Assembly: GCA_027002825.1 (NCBI GenBank)
Contig: JALWZG010000053.1
Coordinates: 613-60,029 of the forward strand
DNA: 59,417 nt
Reading direction: 5' to 3'
From: a candidate division WOR-3 bacterium
GTDB taxonomy: Bacteria > Hydrothermota > Hydrothermia > LBFQ01
In this document: one piece after another, positions 7,761 through 17,513 of the stretch
Position numbering within the stretch: the first letter of the stretch is position 1
How the letters are laid out: each line of letters begins with the position of its first letter
Notes under the pieces: model-generated
The model's input: only the letters and a program-made list of their open reading frames with translations
Told to the model about the DNA's origin: nothing
Databases searched by the model: none
Translations under genes and position numbers: made by a program

Positions 7761-8734
7761 ACCCCGGAGAGTTTCCCCTTAAGGGTTTTTATCCTGTCAA
7801 TCCTGTAAGGGTCTTCCCCGTACTCAACCGACAACCAGTAGCTGACGAAATCCCCAAACCACACCAGGTACAACATCTGTTCCAGCTTGCTCTCTCCCCT
7901 TGCCCGAACGTTTCTTGACCCCAAGACGTAATCCCTGAGTATCTCCTCCGTCAAGTCCATCCTCAGGCTGACCCTCGGATGGTCGTAATCCGTCCTCAGG
8001 AAGACTATCCAAAACTTCGTATCCAAGAACTCCGGATGGTCAAACCCCTCTATTTCGTTGTGGTTGTGTTCCGGGAAGGGCATGGCAAACGCGGCCGCGT
8101 TGGCGTTCTCGTTTATCTGATTCTTCCACCTGAGCGCAACGGAGAACACGGAAGAGTCGGCGTATATCAAGGGCACCCTCCTGTAAATCTCGGAGGCCGT
8201 CTCGTAGGTCGGAGAGTCCATGCCGTCAAGCTCGGGTTGAAACCTCGCGATGCTCCGGGCTGCTCTCTCAAACTCGGCGTAATCCTCCGCGCCGGCTATT
8301 CCGGACAAACGGGCCCCATAAACCAAGGCCTTTAAGAGGTATCCGAAGGCCTCCCTCGGGTGATAGCCTTGAGGAACCTTTAGAACGGCGTATCCGTCTC
8401 TTGCGGCCATTTCACCCAGCTTACCACCCGTGGTTATGACAAAGCCGCGCATCCCGCGGTCCACCGCCTGAGAGTAGGCGGAGAGGGTTTCCTCCGTGTT
8501 GCCGGAATAGCTTATGGCAACGAAGAAATCGTCCCCGGAGAGGAAGGGGGGGAGGTCGTATCCCCTAACCACCCTCACGTCTTTGCCCGTCCAGTCGTAG
8601 AAAAAGTCGGCCGCGGCGGCTGAGCCACCCATCCCGGCTATCGCTATCCTTCCACCGGAGTACTCCGGTACCTCACCCTCAACCTCCGGTTGCCAGAGCA
8701 ACATATCGGGAAATCTCCTGATGTTCTCAAGCAT
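7757..8734 (-). CDS. bifunctional phosphoglucose/phosphomannose isomerase (SIS domain)
   Basis: Motifs IAIAGMGGSAAAADF, AISYSGNTEETL and C-terminal NQINENAN...HNEIEG are typical of the PGI/PMI family. Confidence 0.8.
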   Translation of the reverse strand: MLENIRRFPDMLLWQPEVEGEVPEYSGGRIAIAGMGGSAAAADFFYDWTGKDVRVVRGYDLPPFLSGDDFFVAISYSGNTEETLSAYSQAVDRGMRGFVITTGGKLGEMAARDGYAVLKVPQGYHPREAFGYLLKALVYGARLSGIAGAEDYAEFERAARSIARFQPELDGMDSPTYETASEIYRRVPLIYADSSVFSVALRWKNQINENANAAAFAMPFPEHNHNEIEGFDHPEFLDTKFWIVFLRTDYDHPRVSLRMDLTEEILRDYVLGSRNVRARGESKLEQMLYLVWFGDFVSYWLSVEYGEDPYRIDRIKTLKGKLSGV

Positions 8735-8741
8735 TCGTGCT

Positions 8742-8787
8742 ATTCTACTGCCGACGGCTTGATTTTCACGCCTTACAGCGGTAAAAT
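8742..8787. promoter_or_regulatory. divergent -10 boxes: TAGAAT (minus strand, PGI/PMI) and TAAAAT (plus strand, nnr)
   Basis: attcta at 8742-8747 lies 7 nt from the minus-strand ATG (8734). taaaat at 8782-8787 lies 9 nt from ATG 8797. Neither gene has an SD. Confidence 0.6.
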
Positions 8788-8796
8788 AGTTGTGTC

Positions 8797-10308
8797 ATGA
8801 GGTACGTTTTGACGTTTTCGCACAGTAAATCCTACGATAAATGGATTGAGAGCCTGGGAGTGGGTGCCGATACACTCATGGAAATCGCGGCCTACGGTGT
8901 ATTCAAGGAGTTGGAGGGGGAATTTGAGCCGAGGGACTTGGACGTGGTGGTGGTTGCGGGGAAGGGGAACAACGGAGGAGACGGCGTTGCACTCGCTAGG
9001 ATTTTGGCCACATCCGGGGCAAACGTCAGGGTTTACGTTCCTGAGAACGGACACTCACCCCTCCTGCAGAAGCAGCTGAAGATATTCCGTGAACTGGAAC
9101 TCGGTTCGGTCAGGGTGTACGATACGGGGAGGCTGAAGGTGGATGTGGCCTCCTCAGACCTTGTGATAGACGCCCTCTTCGGCGTGGGTTTCAAGGGCCC
9201 TATGAAGCCGCCCTTTTCGGATGTGGCGGATGTCGTGAACGAGTACGCCCCCTTTGTCCTCAGTGTGGACGTCCCTTCGGGTGTGGACGAGAACGGACAG
9301 GCGGACGAACACGCGGTAAAGGCGGATATGACGGTGTGCTTGGGTGGGATGAAGACGTCCGTCCTGCTGTACCCGGGGAGGGTGTTCGCCGGGGATGTTA
9401 GGGTGGTGGAGTTCGGGTTTCCCTTCCCGGACGACCTCTTCCCGTATTACATGTACGAGCTGCAGGACATAAAGGAGATGCTCCCCAGACGCCTCGGAAA
9501 CGAGCATAAGGGGAGCTTTGGAAGGGTGGCCATATTTGCCGGGTCGTTCCAATACCCCGGCACGGCATATCTGACCTCGCTGGGGGCGTTGAGGAGCGGT
9601 GTGGGACTTATCTACACCGTCGTCCCAAAAAGCCTGAAACACGTGGTAAACTCACCCTCCCCCCTACCCGACGTCATCATGGTGGAGGTCCCCGATAAGC
9701 GGGGCACCTTTGTGAAGGAGAACGTTGAGTACGTGGTCAACATAAAACTCCCCTTCAACTCAATAGTCGTCGGGCCGGGGATAACGAGGTCGCCTTCTGC
9801 CATGGAGTTCGTAAACACCCTCCTGAGGACGTTCCCCCACGTACCCACAGTGGTGGATGCGGACGCCCTGTTCGTCTTCAAGAACAAACCCTTCCCCGAC
9901 AACCCCAACCTCGTCCTCACACCCCATCCGGGGGAGTTGGGCGCAATAACCGGAAAGTCCCCCGCAACCGTTGACAGGGAGAGGGTGGAGATCGCGAAGA
10001 GGCTGTCCAGGACGTTTCCCGGTGTTCTCGTCCTGAAAGGGGCACCGACCGTCATAGCCCATAACGGTGAGGTGGTCATAAACCCCACCGGAAGCACAGC
10101 CCTCTCAAGAGGGGGCAGCGGGGACCTCCTCTCCGGTCTGATAGGCGGTTTCCTGGCACAGGGGGTCAAGCCCTTTGAGGCGGCCGTCCTCGCCGTGTAC
10201 CTCCACGGCCTCGCCGCGGATCTCCTTCCGAGTGAGAGGTCGTTCAGGGTTGTGGAGATCGCCGACGCCCTGAGGGACGTTTTCGCCCTCGTTGAAAACC
10301 CCGTATAG
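8797..10308 (+). CDS. nnr: bifunctional NAD(P)H-hydrate epimerase/dehydratase
   Basis: YjeF N-terminal motif GKGNNGGDG plus the C-terminal carbohydrate-kinase motif GGSGDLLSGLIG. Confidence 0.9.
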   Translation: MRYVLTFSHSKSYDKWIESLGVGADTLMEIAAYGVFKELEGEFEPRDLDVVVVAGKGNNGGDGVALARILATSGANVRVYVPENGHSPLLQKQLKIFRELELGSVRVYDTGRLKVDVASSDLVIDALFGVGFKGPMKPPFSDVADVVNEYAPFVLSVDVPSGVDENGQADEHAVKADMTVCLGGMKTSVLLYPGRVFAGDVRVVEFGFPFPDDLFPYYMYELQDIKEMLPRRLGNEHKGSFGRVAIFAGSFQYPGTAYLTSLGALRSGVGLIYTVVPKSLKHVVNSPSPLPDVIMVEVPDKRGTFVKENVEYVVNIKLPFNSIVVGPGITRSPSAMEFVNTLLRTFPHVPTVVDADALFVFKNKPFPDNPNLVLTPHPGELGAITGKSPATVDRERVEIAKRLSRTFPGVLVLKGAPTVIAHNGEVVINPTGSTALSRGGSGDLLSGLIGGFLAQGVKPFEAAVLAVYLHGLAADLLPSERSFRVVEIADALRDVFALVENPV

Positions 10309-10370
10309 GCGACCCTCTCGCCCCGCGCTCCCGAAATCCGGTCGTCTGTAGATGGGGTAAAACGGTCGCT

Positions 10371-10378
10371 TGTATAAT
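10371..10378 (+). promoter_or_regulatory. extended -10 box TGTATAAT for gyrB, 8 nt upstream of the ATG
   Basis: Direct read: tgtataat-tcccgccc-ATG. Confidence 0.6.
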
Positions 10379-10386
10379 TCCCGCCC

Positions 10387-12279
10387 ATGGACAAAAATTA
10401 CACTGCAGAGGCCATAAAGGTCCTAAAGGGACTTGAAGGTGTGCGCAAACGCCCCGCGATGTACATAGGGGACACCGGACGCAGGGGATTCCACCACCTC
10501 TTACTTGAGATACTTGACAACGCCGTGGATGAGGCCCTCGCCGGCTACGCCAAGAACATAACCGTGACACTTTACCCGGACGGCTCGGTATCCGTTGAGG
10601 ATGACGGAAGGGGAATACCCACGGGACCGCATCCGGAGCTGGGGATAAGCGGTGTTGAGGTGGTCTTTACGGTACTGCACGCCGGAGGGAAGTTTGACAG
10701 GAAGGCCTATCAGGTGTCCGGAGGTCTCCACGGTGTAGGGGCCTCCGTAGTGAACGCCCTCTCCGAGTGGACTGAAGTTGTCGTGAAAAGGGATGGAAGG
10801 GTTTGGAGGGCGACCTTTAGCAGGGGGGAGACAGTTGAGCCTTTGACGGCTGTGGGGGAGACGGAGGGGACCGGAACCTTTGTGAGGTTTAAACCGGATC
10901 CGGAGATCTTCGGAAAGCAGAAATGGGACAGGGACTTCATAAGAAACCGCTTGAGGGAACTCTCCTACCTCGTCTCAGGCGTCAGGTTCGTCTTCAGGGA
11001 CGAGGCCACAGGCGAAGAGGAGGTTTACGAGAGCGGAGGTCTGGTGGACTTCCTCCTGTACGTGGATGAGGGGAACCAGCCCCTCTTCTCCCCGCCCTTC
11101 TACGTCAAGAAGCGGGAGGGGGACTACGAACTGGAGCTGGCCCTGCACTACACGGAGGGCGATGACGAGAGGATACTGTCCTTCGTCAACACCATACAGA
11201 CGACGGAGGGAGGCACCCACGTCACGGGGCTTAGGGCGGCCCTCACCAAGACCATAAACGAGTACGCCCAGGCCCACAACATGCTCAAAGATCTCAAGGG
11301 TAAAACCCTGTCCGGTGAGGACGTGAGGGAGGGGCTTACGGCCATACTCCACGTAAAGCTCCCGGAGCCGCAGTTTGAGGGCCAGACCAAGACCAAACTC
11401 GGAACGGCGGCGGCCCGCACCTTCGTTGAGGGCATCGTGGCCAACGAGTTCAGGAGGTTCCTTGAGGAGAACCCCAAGGCCGCCCAGGCCATAATCCAGA
11501 AGGCCATCCTCGCCGCCAAGTCAAGGGCGGCCGCCCGCAAGGCGAGGGAACTGGTCAAACGTAAGAGCTTCCTTGAGTCGGACACCCTCCCCGGAAAGCT
11601 GGCCGACTGCATAACCAAAAAACCCGAGGAGGCCGAACTCTTCATAGTTGAGGGGGACTCCGCAGGTGGATCGGCCAAACAGGCCCGCGACAGGAGGTTT
11701 CAGGCCATACTGCCCATAAGGGGGAAGATAAGGAACGTTGAGAAGGCGGAGACGGTCAAGGTCCTGTCCAACGCCGAGGTGAGGGCCATAATCACTGCCA
11801 TAGGCTGCGGGATAAAGGACGAGTGCGACCCCTCCAAGTCCCGCTACGGCAAGATAATCATAATGAGCGACGCCGACGTAGACGGCGCCCACATCCGGAC
11901 CCTCCTCCTCACCCTCTTCTGGCGGTTTATGAAGCCCCTTGTGGAGCAGGGGTACATATACATCGCCATGCCGCCCCTCTACCGCGTCCAGAAGGGCAAG
12001 CAGGTCCGGTATCTCTACTCCGACGAGGAGCTGGAGGAGCTGCTGAAGGAATGGGGGAACAACGTCGTGATACAGAGGTACAAGGGACTGGGTGAGATGA
12101 ACCCGGAGCAGCTCTGGGAGACCACCATGGATCCCGAAACCCGTATACTGAAAAAGGTCACGGTGGAAGACGCAGTAGAGGCCGACCACCTCTTCTCCGT
12201 CCTGATGGGTAAGGTCGTAGAGCGCCGCAGGGAGTTCATAGAGAGGAACGCCCGGTTCGTCAAGAACCTGGACGTGTAG
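10387..12279 (+). CDS. gyrB: DNA gyrase subunit B
   Basis: Motifs LEGVRKRPAMYIGDT, HHLLLEILDNAVDEA, EGDSAGGSAKQARDR, PIRGKIRNVEKA and QRYKGLGEMNPEQLWETTM. At 630 aa there is no room for an intein. Confidence 0.97.
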   Translation: MDKNYTAEAIKVLKGLEGVRKRPAMYIGDTGRRGFHHLLLEILDNAVDEALAGYAKNITVTLYPDGSVSVEDDGRGIPTGPHPELGISGVEVVFTVLHAGGKFDRKAYQVSGGLHGVGASVVNALSEWTEVVVKRDGRVWRATFSRGETVEPLTAVGETEGTGTFVRFKPDPEIFGKQKWDRDFIRNRLRELSYLVSGVRFVFRDEATGEEEVYESGGLVDFLLYVDEGNQPLFSPPFYVKKREGDYELELALHYTEGDDERILSFVNTIQTTEGGTHVTGLRAALTKTINEYAQAHNMLKDLKGKTLSGEDVREGLTAILHVKLPEPQFEGQTKTKLGTAAARTFVEGIVANEFRRFLEENPKAAQAIIQKAILAAKSRAAARKARELVKRKSFLESDTLPGKLADCITKKPEEAELFIVEGDSAGGSAKQARDRRFQAILPIRGKIRNVEKAETVKVLSNAEVRAIITAIGCGIKDECDPSKSRYGKIIIMSDADVDGAHIRTLLLTLFWRFMKPLVEQGYIYIAMPPLYRVQKGKQVRYLYSDEELEELLKEWGNNVVIQRYKGLGEMNPEQLWETTMDPETRILKKVTVEDAVEADHLFSVLMGKVVERRREFIERNARFVKNLDV

Positions 12280-13358
12280 TGCTTGCGGATCTCCTGGAAT
12301 CCCTGAAGGGTTATCACATAGCCTTCAACCTCTTCTCGTATCTGACCTTTAGATCGGCCCTGGCCTTCCTCCTGTCCTTCACGCTCTCCTTCTTCCTCCT
12401 GAGGTGGTACATAAAGAGGTTCGGCAGGAGGATGTACGAGAGGATATCCGAAGACGTCCCCGAAAACCACAGGAAAAAGGAGGGGACACCCTCATCCGCG
12501 GGTGTGGTCTTTGTAAGCGTGGCACTCGTTATAACACTCCTCCTCGCATCTCCCGTCCCGGAGGTGCTGACGGCCGTGTTCACCACCTTCGTCATGGGGG
12601 TTATGGGTTTCACGGATGACGTGTTAAAGCTCAGGAAGAAGGAGAAGAAGGGGGGACTCACCAAAAGGGTAAAACTCGTGTTTCAGCTCGCCCTCGGTCT
12701 GCTCTTCGCCCTCGTTGCGCTGAGGATCTTCGGGGAAAAGGCGTTTACAACCCAGCTCCTCTTTTTGAAAAACTACTTCATCCACATGGGATGGTTCTAC
12801 GTGATATTCGTATCCCTGGTGCTGGCGGGTACCGCGAACGGTGTCAACTTGACGGACGGGCTTGACGGTCTGGCCGCGGGCGTCGTCCTATTCCCCCTTG
12901 TGGTGTTCGGCGTAATAGCGTACGTTGAGGGGAACGTCAAGTTCGCCAACTATTTGAACCTACTCTACATAAAAGACGCCGGTCACCTTGTGGTCTTCGC
13001 CTCCTCTCTGGCAGGCTCCCTTGTGGCCTTCCTCTGGTACAACACCCACCCCGCGGAGGTCTTCATGGGGGATGTCGGATCGCAGGCCCTTGGAGGCGCA
13101 CTCGGATCTCTGGCCATACTCACAAAACAGGAGATCCTCCTCGCCGTCGCCGGTGGTGTGCTTGTGCTTGAGACCCTCTCCGTCGCCCTTCAGATAGGGT
13201 ATTTCAGGATAAGCGGTGGGAAGCGCCTGTTCAGGATGGCCCCGCTCCACCACCACTTTGAAAAGCTGGGGTGGGCGGAGGCGAAAATCGTCGTCAGGTT
13301 CTGGATACTCTCCCTCCTCTTTTCCCTCGTAGCCCTGGCCACGCTCAAGATACGCTAA
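12279..13358 (+). CDS. mraY: phospho-N-acetylmuramoyl-pentapeptide transferase
   Basis: Motifs KKEGTPSSAGV, NGVNLTDGLDGLAAG, FMGDVGSQALGG and APLHHHFE. The GTG start overlaps the gyrB stop. Confidence 0.9.
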   Translation: MLADLLESLKGYHIAFNLFSYLTFRSALAFLLSFTLSFFLLRWYIKRFGRRMYERISEDVPENHRKKEGTPSSAGVVFVSVALVITLLLASPVPEVLTAVFTTFVMGVMGFTDDVLKLRKKEKKGGLTKRVKLVFQLALGLLFALVALRIFGEKAFTTQLLFLKNYFIHMGWFYVIFVSLVLAGTANGVNLTDGLDGLAAGVVLFPLVVFGVIAYVEGNVKFANYLNLLYIKDAGHLVVFASSLAGSLVAFLWYNTHPAEVFMGDVGSQALGGALGSLAILTKQEILLAVAGGVLVLETLSVALQIGYFRISGGKRLFRMAPLHHHFEKLGWAEAKIVVRFWILSLLFSLVALATLKIR

Positions 13359-13990
13359 ACCTCAAATATCTCTCCTCCGTCCCCGTCCTCCCCCTTCATC
13401 AACCTACCGATTATCCCGAAGGGAATCCCGGCAAGGAACCCACCTATGTGCGCCCACCAGGCGACACCCGTCTCCACGCCCATTATGGCGTATACGTACT
13501 GGAAGAGTATCCATATGCCTATGTAGTAGTAGGCCGGCAGGGCGTAAATCCACCAAAGCACAAGCGTGTATATGCGGGCGAAGGGAAACATTATCATGTA
13601 AGCCGCCAGCACCCCCGATATGGCCCCTGAGGCCCCCACTAAGGGCAGGTGTGAGTGGGGGTGGAAGAGGGCGTGGAAGAGCGCTCCCAGTATGGCCGCC
13701 GAGGCGTAAAGGGATAAGAACCCCACCTTACCGAGCCTGTCCTCAACGTTATCCCCGAATATGTAGAGGTAGTACATGTTTCCGAAGAGGTGAGCCAGGT
13801 TGCCGTGCAGAAAGGCGTACGTCAGGAGGTTTATGTCGTCCTTCCCGATCCAAAACCTGACGGGGACGAACCCCCACCTCTCAACCGTTTCGGGCGTCTG
13901 GGCTATGAAGATGAAAACGCTGACGACTATCAAAAACCACGTCAGGGTGGGAAAACCCTTAGAGGGTATGTCATCCTTGATCGGAAACAT
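13355..13990 (-). CDS. rhomboid-family intramembrane serine protease
   Basis: Motifs FLHGNLAHLFGNM and VGASGAISGVLAAY, with six or more predicted TM helices. Confidence 0.85.
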   Translation of the reverse strand: MFPIKDDIPSKGFPTLTWFLIVVSVFIFIAQTPETVERWGFVPVRFWIGKDDINLLTYAFLHGNLAHLFGNMYYLYIFGDNVEDRLGKVGFLSLYASAAILGALFHALFHPHSHLPLVGASGAISGVLAAYMIMFPFARIYTLVLWWIYALPAYYYIGIWILFQYVYAIMGVETGVAWWAHIGGFLAGIPFGIIGRLMKGEDGDGGEIFEV

Positions 13991-14090
13991 GAAGGTATTT
14001 TAAAAGTGTCGGAAAACCCCCGCCCCCTTCCCCTGTCGTCGGATGGGTGACGAAGGGTGAAAACACGCGGCGATTTCCCCTTTACACTCC

Positions 14091-14735
14091 ATGCCCATGA
14101 TCAAGAGGGAACACGCTCTGGAGCTCTGCGACTGCCTTGAGAGCAGTATGGAGAAGTGGATATGGTTGGGTATGCTGGAGGGGTATCCCAACGTGAACCT
14201 CAAGGACGTATCCAGACATATGTTCGTAAACCTGAAGGACGTGCGAGCGGTGGCAAAGAAGCTGGAGAGGAGGGGTATACTCAAGGCCTACGGTAAGGAC
14301 AAGTACGTGATAAACCTGGATCACGATACCGCCCGGCTTTTCAGGCTCAGGATAGAGGAGGAGGTCATGAGGCCTTGGAGTGAGGAGGATTACTACGACT
14401 TTTACGATGAGCTCAACGTGGACGAGAAAAGGCTTCTGAACAGGATAGCCTATTCCTCGGGGAAGGTGAACATAAACGCCCTTATGGGTATGGTCAAGGC
14501 GGAGGGCTTCTTCAAAATAGCATCGCTTGAGAGAAAGCTCAGGAACTTCTGCTACAGAAGGGGCCTGAAGCTTCCCATGCGCAGGACGAAGAGGTTTGTG
14601 AACCTGAGCGGAGGCAGGACAAAGGCGGAGTACGTGGTGGACGAGGAGTTCAGACAGAAGATAAAGTCAATAATTATGCAATTTAAGGTAGGGGGGGGGG
14701 GTAGCCGGGAGTTGGCTATCCGTTATCCCTATTAA
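14091..14735 (+). CDS. hypothetical protein with probable N-terminal winged-helix domain
   Basis: ORF only; the segment VSRHMFVNLKDVRAVAKKLERRGILKA looks like a wHTH. A possible leaderless start is at ATG 14097. A G11 tract lies 45 nt from the 3' end of the ORF. Confidence 0.5.
   Translation: MPMIKREHALELCDCLESSMEKWIWLGMLEGYPNVNLKDVSRHMFVNLKDVRAVAKKLERRGILKAYGKDKYVINLDHDTARLFRLRIEEEVMRPWSEEDYYDFYDELNVDEKRLLNRIAYSSGKVNINALMGMVKAEGFFKIASLERKLRNFCYRRGLKLPMRRTKRFVNLSGGRTKAEYVVDEEFRQKIKSIIMQFKVGGGGSRELAIRYPY
14691..14701 (+). repeat. homopolymeric G11 tract inside the CDS (encodes GGGG)
   Basis: Direct read: ggta + 11 g + tagcc. Confidence 0.95.
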
Positions 14736-14744
14736 AATCTTCGC

Positions 14745-15896
14745 TTGAGGATAGGGGATGTCTGGGGGGTGTTGAGGGAGTGGAGGAGGCGGTTTGACGT
14801 TTACCTTGTGGGAGGTGTGGTGAGGGATGGGTTGCTCTACGGGGAAGGGAAAAGGGTTGAGGATTGCGATGTGGTGTTGAGGGGTGGAAGGGATACCCTG
14901 AAGGGGTTCGTCTCCCATCTGAAGGGTGAGGGGTTTGTCCTGAAGAAGTGGAGTGTGTTCGGGACGGCGGAGCTAAAAAAGGGCAACCTAAACCTTGACG
15001 TGGCCCTTCTGAGGAGGGAGTTTTACGCTTACCCTGGGGCCTTACCCCAAGTGGAGTTCACGGACAGCCTGGAGGAGGATTCGAGGAGGAGGGATTTCAC
15101 CGTAAACGCCCTGTACTGCGACGGGGAAAAAATCCTGGACTTCCACGGGGGTGTAAGGGATCTAAAGATGCGTCTTTTAAAACCCCTGGCATCCTTTGCC
15201 GATGATCCCACAAGGGCGTTGAGAGGTGTGAGGTACAGACACAAGCTCGGTTTCAGCTACCACCCCAGCTTCTTTGAATCCCTCAAAGACGCCCAGAGGT
15301 ACATACCAAACGTATCCCCACAGAGGATAACGAACGAGGTGAGGCTTACCGCCCTCTTGAGGAAGAAGTCCTTTTTGGGAGCGTTGAAGGAGGGTGTCGG
15401 CTTCGGCCTCCTGAGGACGATCCTGAAGGAGGGGTACAAACCACCGGATAGGGTTTACCTCGGAAGACCTTCACCCCACAGATGGGTGGTACCCCTCGCC
15501 CCCTTTTTAAAGGAGGACCTCCCCCTCACCGGAGAGGAGAGAGAGGCCGTCTCAATCCCGCGCGGCTTGAGGGTTAAAAACCTCGTAGACGTACACATGA
15601 ACATGCACAGGTGGAGCGACCTGAAGGTACTCGTCTACACCACGTGGGAGGCTGGACGTGAGAGGGAGATGTTGAGGTTCTATCTGAGGTTTCGCGGATA
15701 CGTTAGGGTAAAGGTCTACCCCATGGAGGAGAGGTTGAAAAGTCTCAAGGAGATCGCCCGTAGGTTCTCCCTCCGTGAGATACCCGAAATATGCCTTGCA
15801 GAGGCCCCCAAACCCCATCTCAGGCAGAGGTACAGGCTCATGTGTGAGGGTGAAATACTGCAGAAAATGTTTCGGGCTTACCATTCCCGGACTTGA
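14745..15896 (+). CDS. cca: tRNA nucleotidyltransferase / poly(A) polymerase family (CCA-, CC- or A-adding enzyme)
   Basis: Head-domain motifs YLVGGVVRDGLL, DCDVV and RRDFTVNALY. TTG start. No tRNA gene in the window encodes CCA. Confidence 0.8.
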   Translation: MRIGDVWGVLREWRRRFDVYLVGGVVRDGLLYGEGKRVEDCDVVLRGGRDTLKGFVSHLKGEGFVLKKWSVFGTAELKKGNLNLDVALLRREFYAYPGALPQVEFTDSLEEDSRRRDFTVNALYCDGEKILDFHGGVRDLKMRLLKPLASFADDPTRALRGVRYRHKLGFSYHPSFFESLKDAQRYIPNVSPQRITNEVRLTALLRKKSFLGALKEGVGFGLLRTILKEGYKPPDRVYLGRPSPHRWVVPLAPFLKEDLPLTGEEREAVSIPRGLRVKNLVDVHMNMHRWSDLKVLVYTTWEAGREREMLRFYLRFRGYVRVKVYPMEERLKSLKEIARRFSLREIPEICLAEAPKPHLRQRYRLMCEGEILQKMFRAYHSRT

Positions 15897-16594
15897 TGAG
15901 GAGGCTTCTGCCGTTTCTGCCGCTGATGGGCGGATGCTGGGCGTATTCGGAGAGGGATGCCGAGATGTACGTGTTCCACAACGGGGAGGAGAGAAGGGTT
16001 TTCGGATTCCTCCCCGCGGATTGGGTGAAGGAGAGGGCTTACTTCTTCACCATAATGATGCCCCTCAAACTCTACCTCGCCACCCCGGAGGAAACTGTGC
16101 GCATGTTCGCAGACCTGCACGTCCTAACCCTGGACAAGCAGAGGAACATAAAGCGGGCATTTCTCGTAAGCGAACCTATAACCTCATCCCCTAACGGCGC
16201 CCGTGTGCTGCTCAAACGCGGGGATTTCAACGTTGGGAGTATACATCTGCGCCTAAAGGAGACCGGGGTCTCGGTCGTTTTGGACAGCCTGAGGGCTGAA
16301 GCTCACAGAAACTCCCACCACACCTACGTCTGGATAAGGACACTTCCCCCCGCGAGGAACTTTCCAGAGGTGATTTATTACTTCGGCGGAGACTCGCTTG
16401 AGATGTTCCCGGTTGAGAAAGCGCCTTTCCTCGTAAAACACCACGGAAGGCTGCAGTACAAATACCAGGAGTGGTACGACAGGTGGATCTTCACGGTCAA
16501 AACCCCTTCCCCCCTCCCCCCACCCGACTCCCTGAAGGTCAAGGCCCACATCTTCATGGTGGGGGACACCTCACTCCTCCTGAAGCGGATTTAG
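15893..16594 (+). CDS. hypothetical secreted protein or lipoprotein
   Basis: N-terminal LLPFLPLMGGC resembles a lipobox. No recognisable catalytic motif. Confidence 0.45.
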   Translation: MMRRLLPFLPLMGGCWAYSERDAEMYVFHNGEERRVFGFLPADWVKERAYFFTIMMPLKLYLATPEETVRMFADLHVLTLDKQRNIKRAFLVSEPITSSPNGARVLLKRGDFNVGSIHLRLKETGVSVVLDSLRAEAHRNSHHTYVWIRTLPPARNFPEVIYYFGGDSLEMFPVEKAPFLVKHHGRLQYKYQEWYDRWIFTVKTPSPLPPPDSLKVKAHIFMVGDTSLLLKRI

Positions 16595-16604
16595 AATTGG
16601 AGGT

Positions 16605-17108
16605 ATGATTCGCCTCTTTCTGCTCCCGGTCCTCCTGATCCTGGGATGCTCCAAGGGTGAGAGGGGTAGGGATGAGAGTCTGAAGGCGGGGGCCGACTCC
16701 GTCAAGGTTGTGTCAACATCCGATGGTCGGAAGCTCTGGGTCATGAAGGCCGTTAGGGTTGAGGAGAGGGGGGATACCCTCGTGGGGTTCGGTATAAGGA
16801 TAAGGTTTTACTCCTCAGGTGAGATTTCCTCCGTCCTGACGGCCGATTCGGGCAAGTACGACCGTGTTAGCGGGGATATGGTGGCGTACGGTAGGGTCCA
16901 CCTCGTATCCTCGGACAGCACCGAGGTGTGGACGAGCAGCCTCAACTGGGACGAGAAGCGCAGGATCATATGGACGGAGGATTCGGTCAGGATCTTTGAG
17001 AAAAAACGCAACAGGACGCTCTTCGCAAAGGGAATGGAGACGGACGCCGAGATCTCCTACATAAAGTTCAAGTCCCCCGTTAGGGGAGAGGGGGAGATGG
17101 AAGAATAG
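16605..17108 (+). CDS. LptC-like lipoprotein (tentative)
   Basis: Lipobox LLILGCSKG. The size and beta-rich pattern (SSLNWDEKRRIIWTEDSVRI) resemble LptC. Confidence 0.45.
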   Translation: MIRLFLLPVLLILGCSKGERGRDESLKAGADSVKVVSTSDGRKLWVMKAVRVEERGDTLVGFGIRIRFYSSGEISSVLTADSGKYDRVSGDMVAYGRVHLVSSDSTEVWTSSLNWDEKRRIIWTEDSVRIFEKKRNRTLFAKGMETDAEISYIKFKSPVRGEGEMEE

Positions 17109-17135
17109 GTCTTATCGGCCTTAGAATAGAGCGAT

Positions 17136-17513
17136 ATGAGGTGGATTCTGACCCTTTTGAGCATCTCAATAGGCGTGGGTGCTTACGGCCGTTTGATGGC
17201 CGATTGCGGGGAGCATAAGGGGGAAAAGGCGCATCACTCGGAGCATTCCCCGGAGAATTACAAACCCTACAGGGCGGTTTTTGAGGACGGGGTGAACCTC
17301 TCGGCCAAACCCACGCACACCTTCAGGGTAAAGGGTGTCATGTGTGAGGTGTGCATAAAGAAGATAGAGGCGGAGCTGAAGAACCTGAAAGGTGTGTCCG
17401 CCATGGAGTACGTCTGGGAGGAAAAGAGGTTGAAGGTCTGGGCCGAGGGTGTGGAGGCCGAAAGGATACTGGAGGCCGTATCAAAAGCCGGCTACGAGGC
17501 GGAGGTCATCTGA
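17136..17513 (+). CDS. secreted heavy-metal-associated (HMA) domain protein, CopZ-like
   Basis: Signal peptide, His-rich linker HKGEKAHHSEHSPE, and the metal-binding motif GVMCEVC. Confidence 0.75.
   Translation: MRWILTLLSISIGVGAYGRLMADCGEHKGEKAHHSEHSPENYKPYRAVFEDGVNLSAKPTHTFRVKGVMCEVCIKKIEAELKNLKGVSAMEYVWEEKRLKVWAEGVEAERILEAVSKAGYEAEVI

Noticed and set aside
9612-10394. Long antisense ORFs opposite conserved genes, including 9612-10394 (260 aa, opposite nnr), 11521-12189 (opposite gyrB), 24504-25217 (opposite panB/pgpA), 39562-40422 (286 aa, opposite sod) and 40841-41548 (opposite thiC)
   Set aside because: They mirror strongly conserved genes. They have Arg/Pro/Gly-rich, low-complexity translations typical of the non-coding frame of GC-rich DNA, and they lack motifs and start signals.
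10387-12279. Inteins in gyrB (and in dnaB at 45212-46588), which are common in thermophiles
   Set aside because: Both proteins have normal lengths (630 and 458 aa) and contiguous conserved motifs, with no intein-sized insertion.
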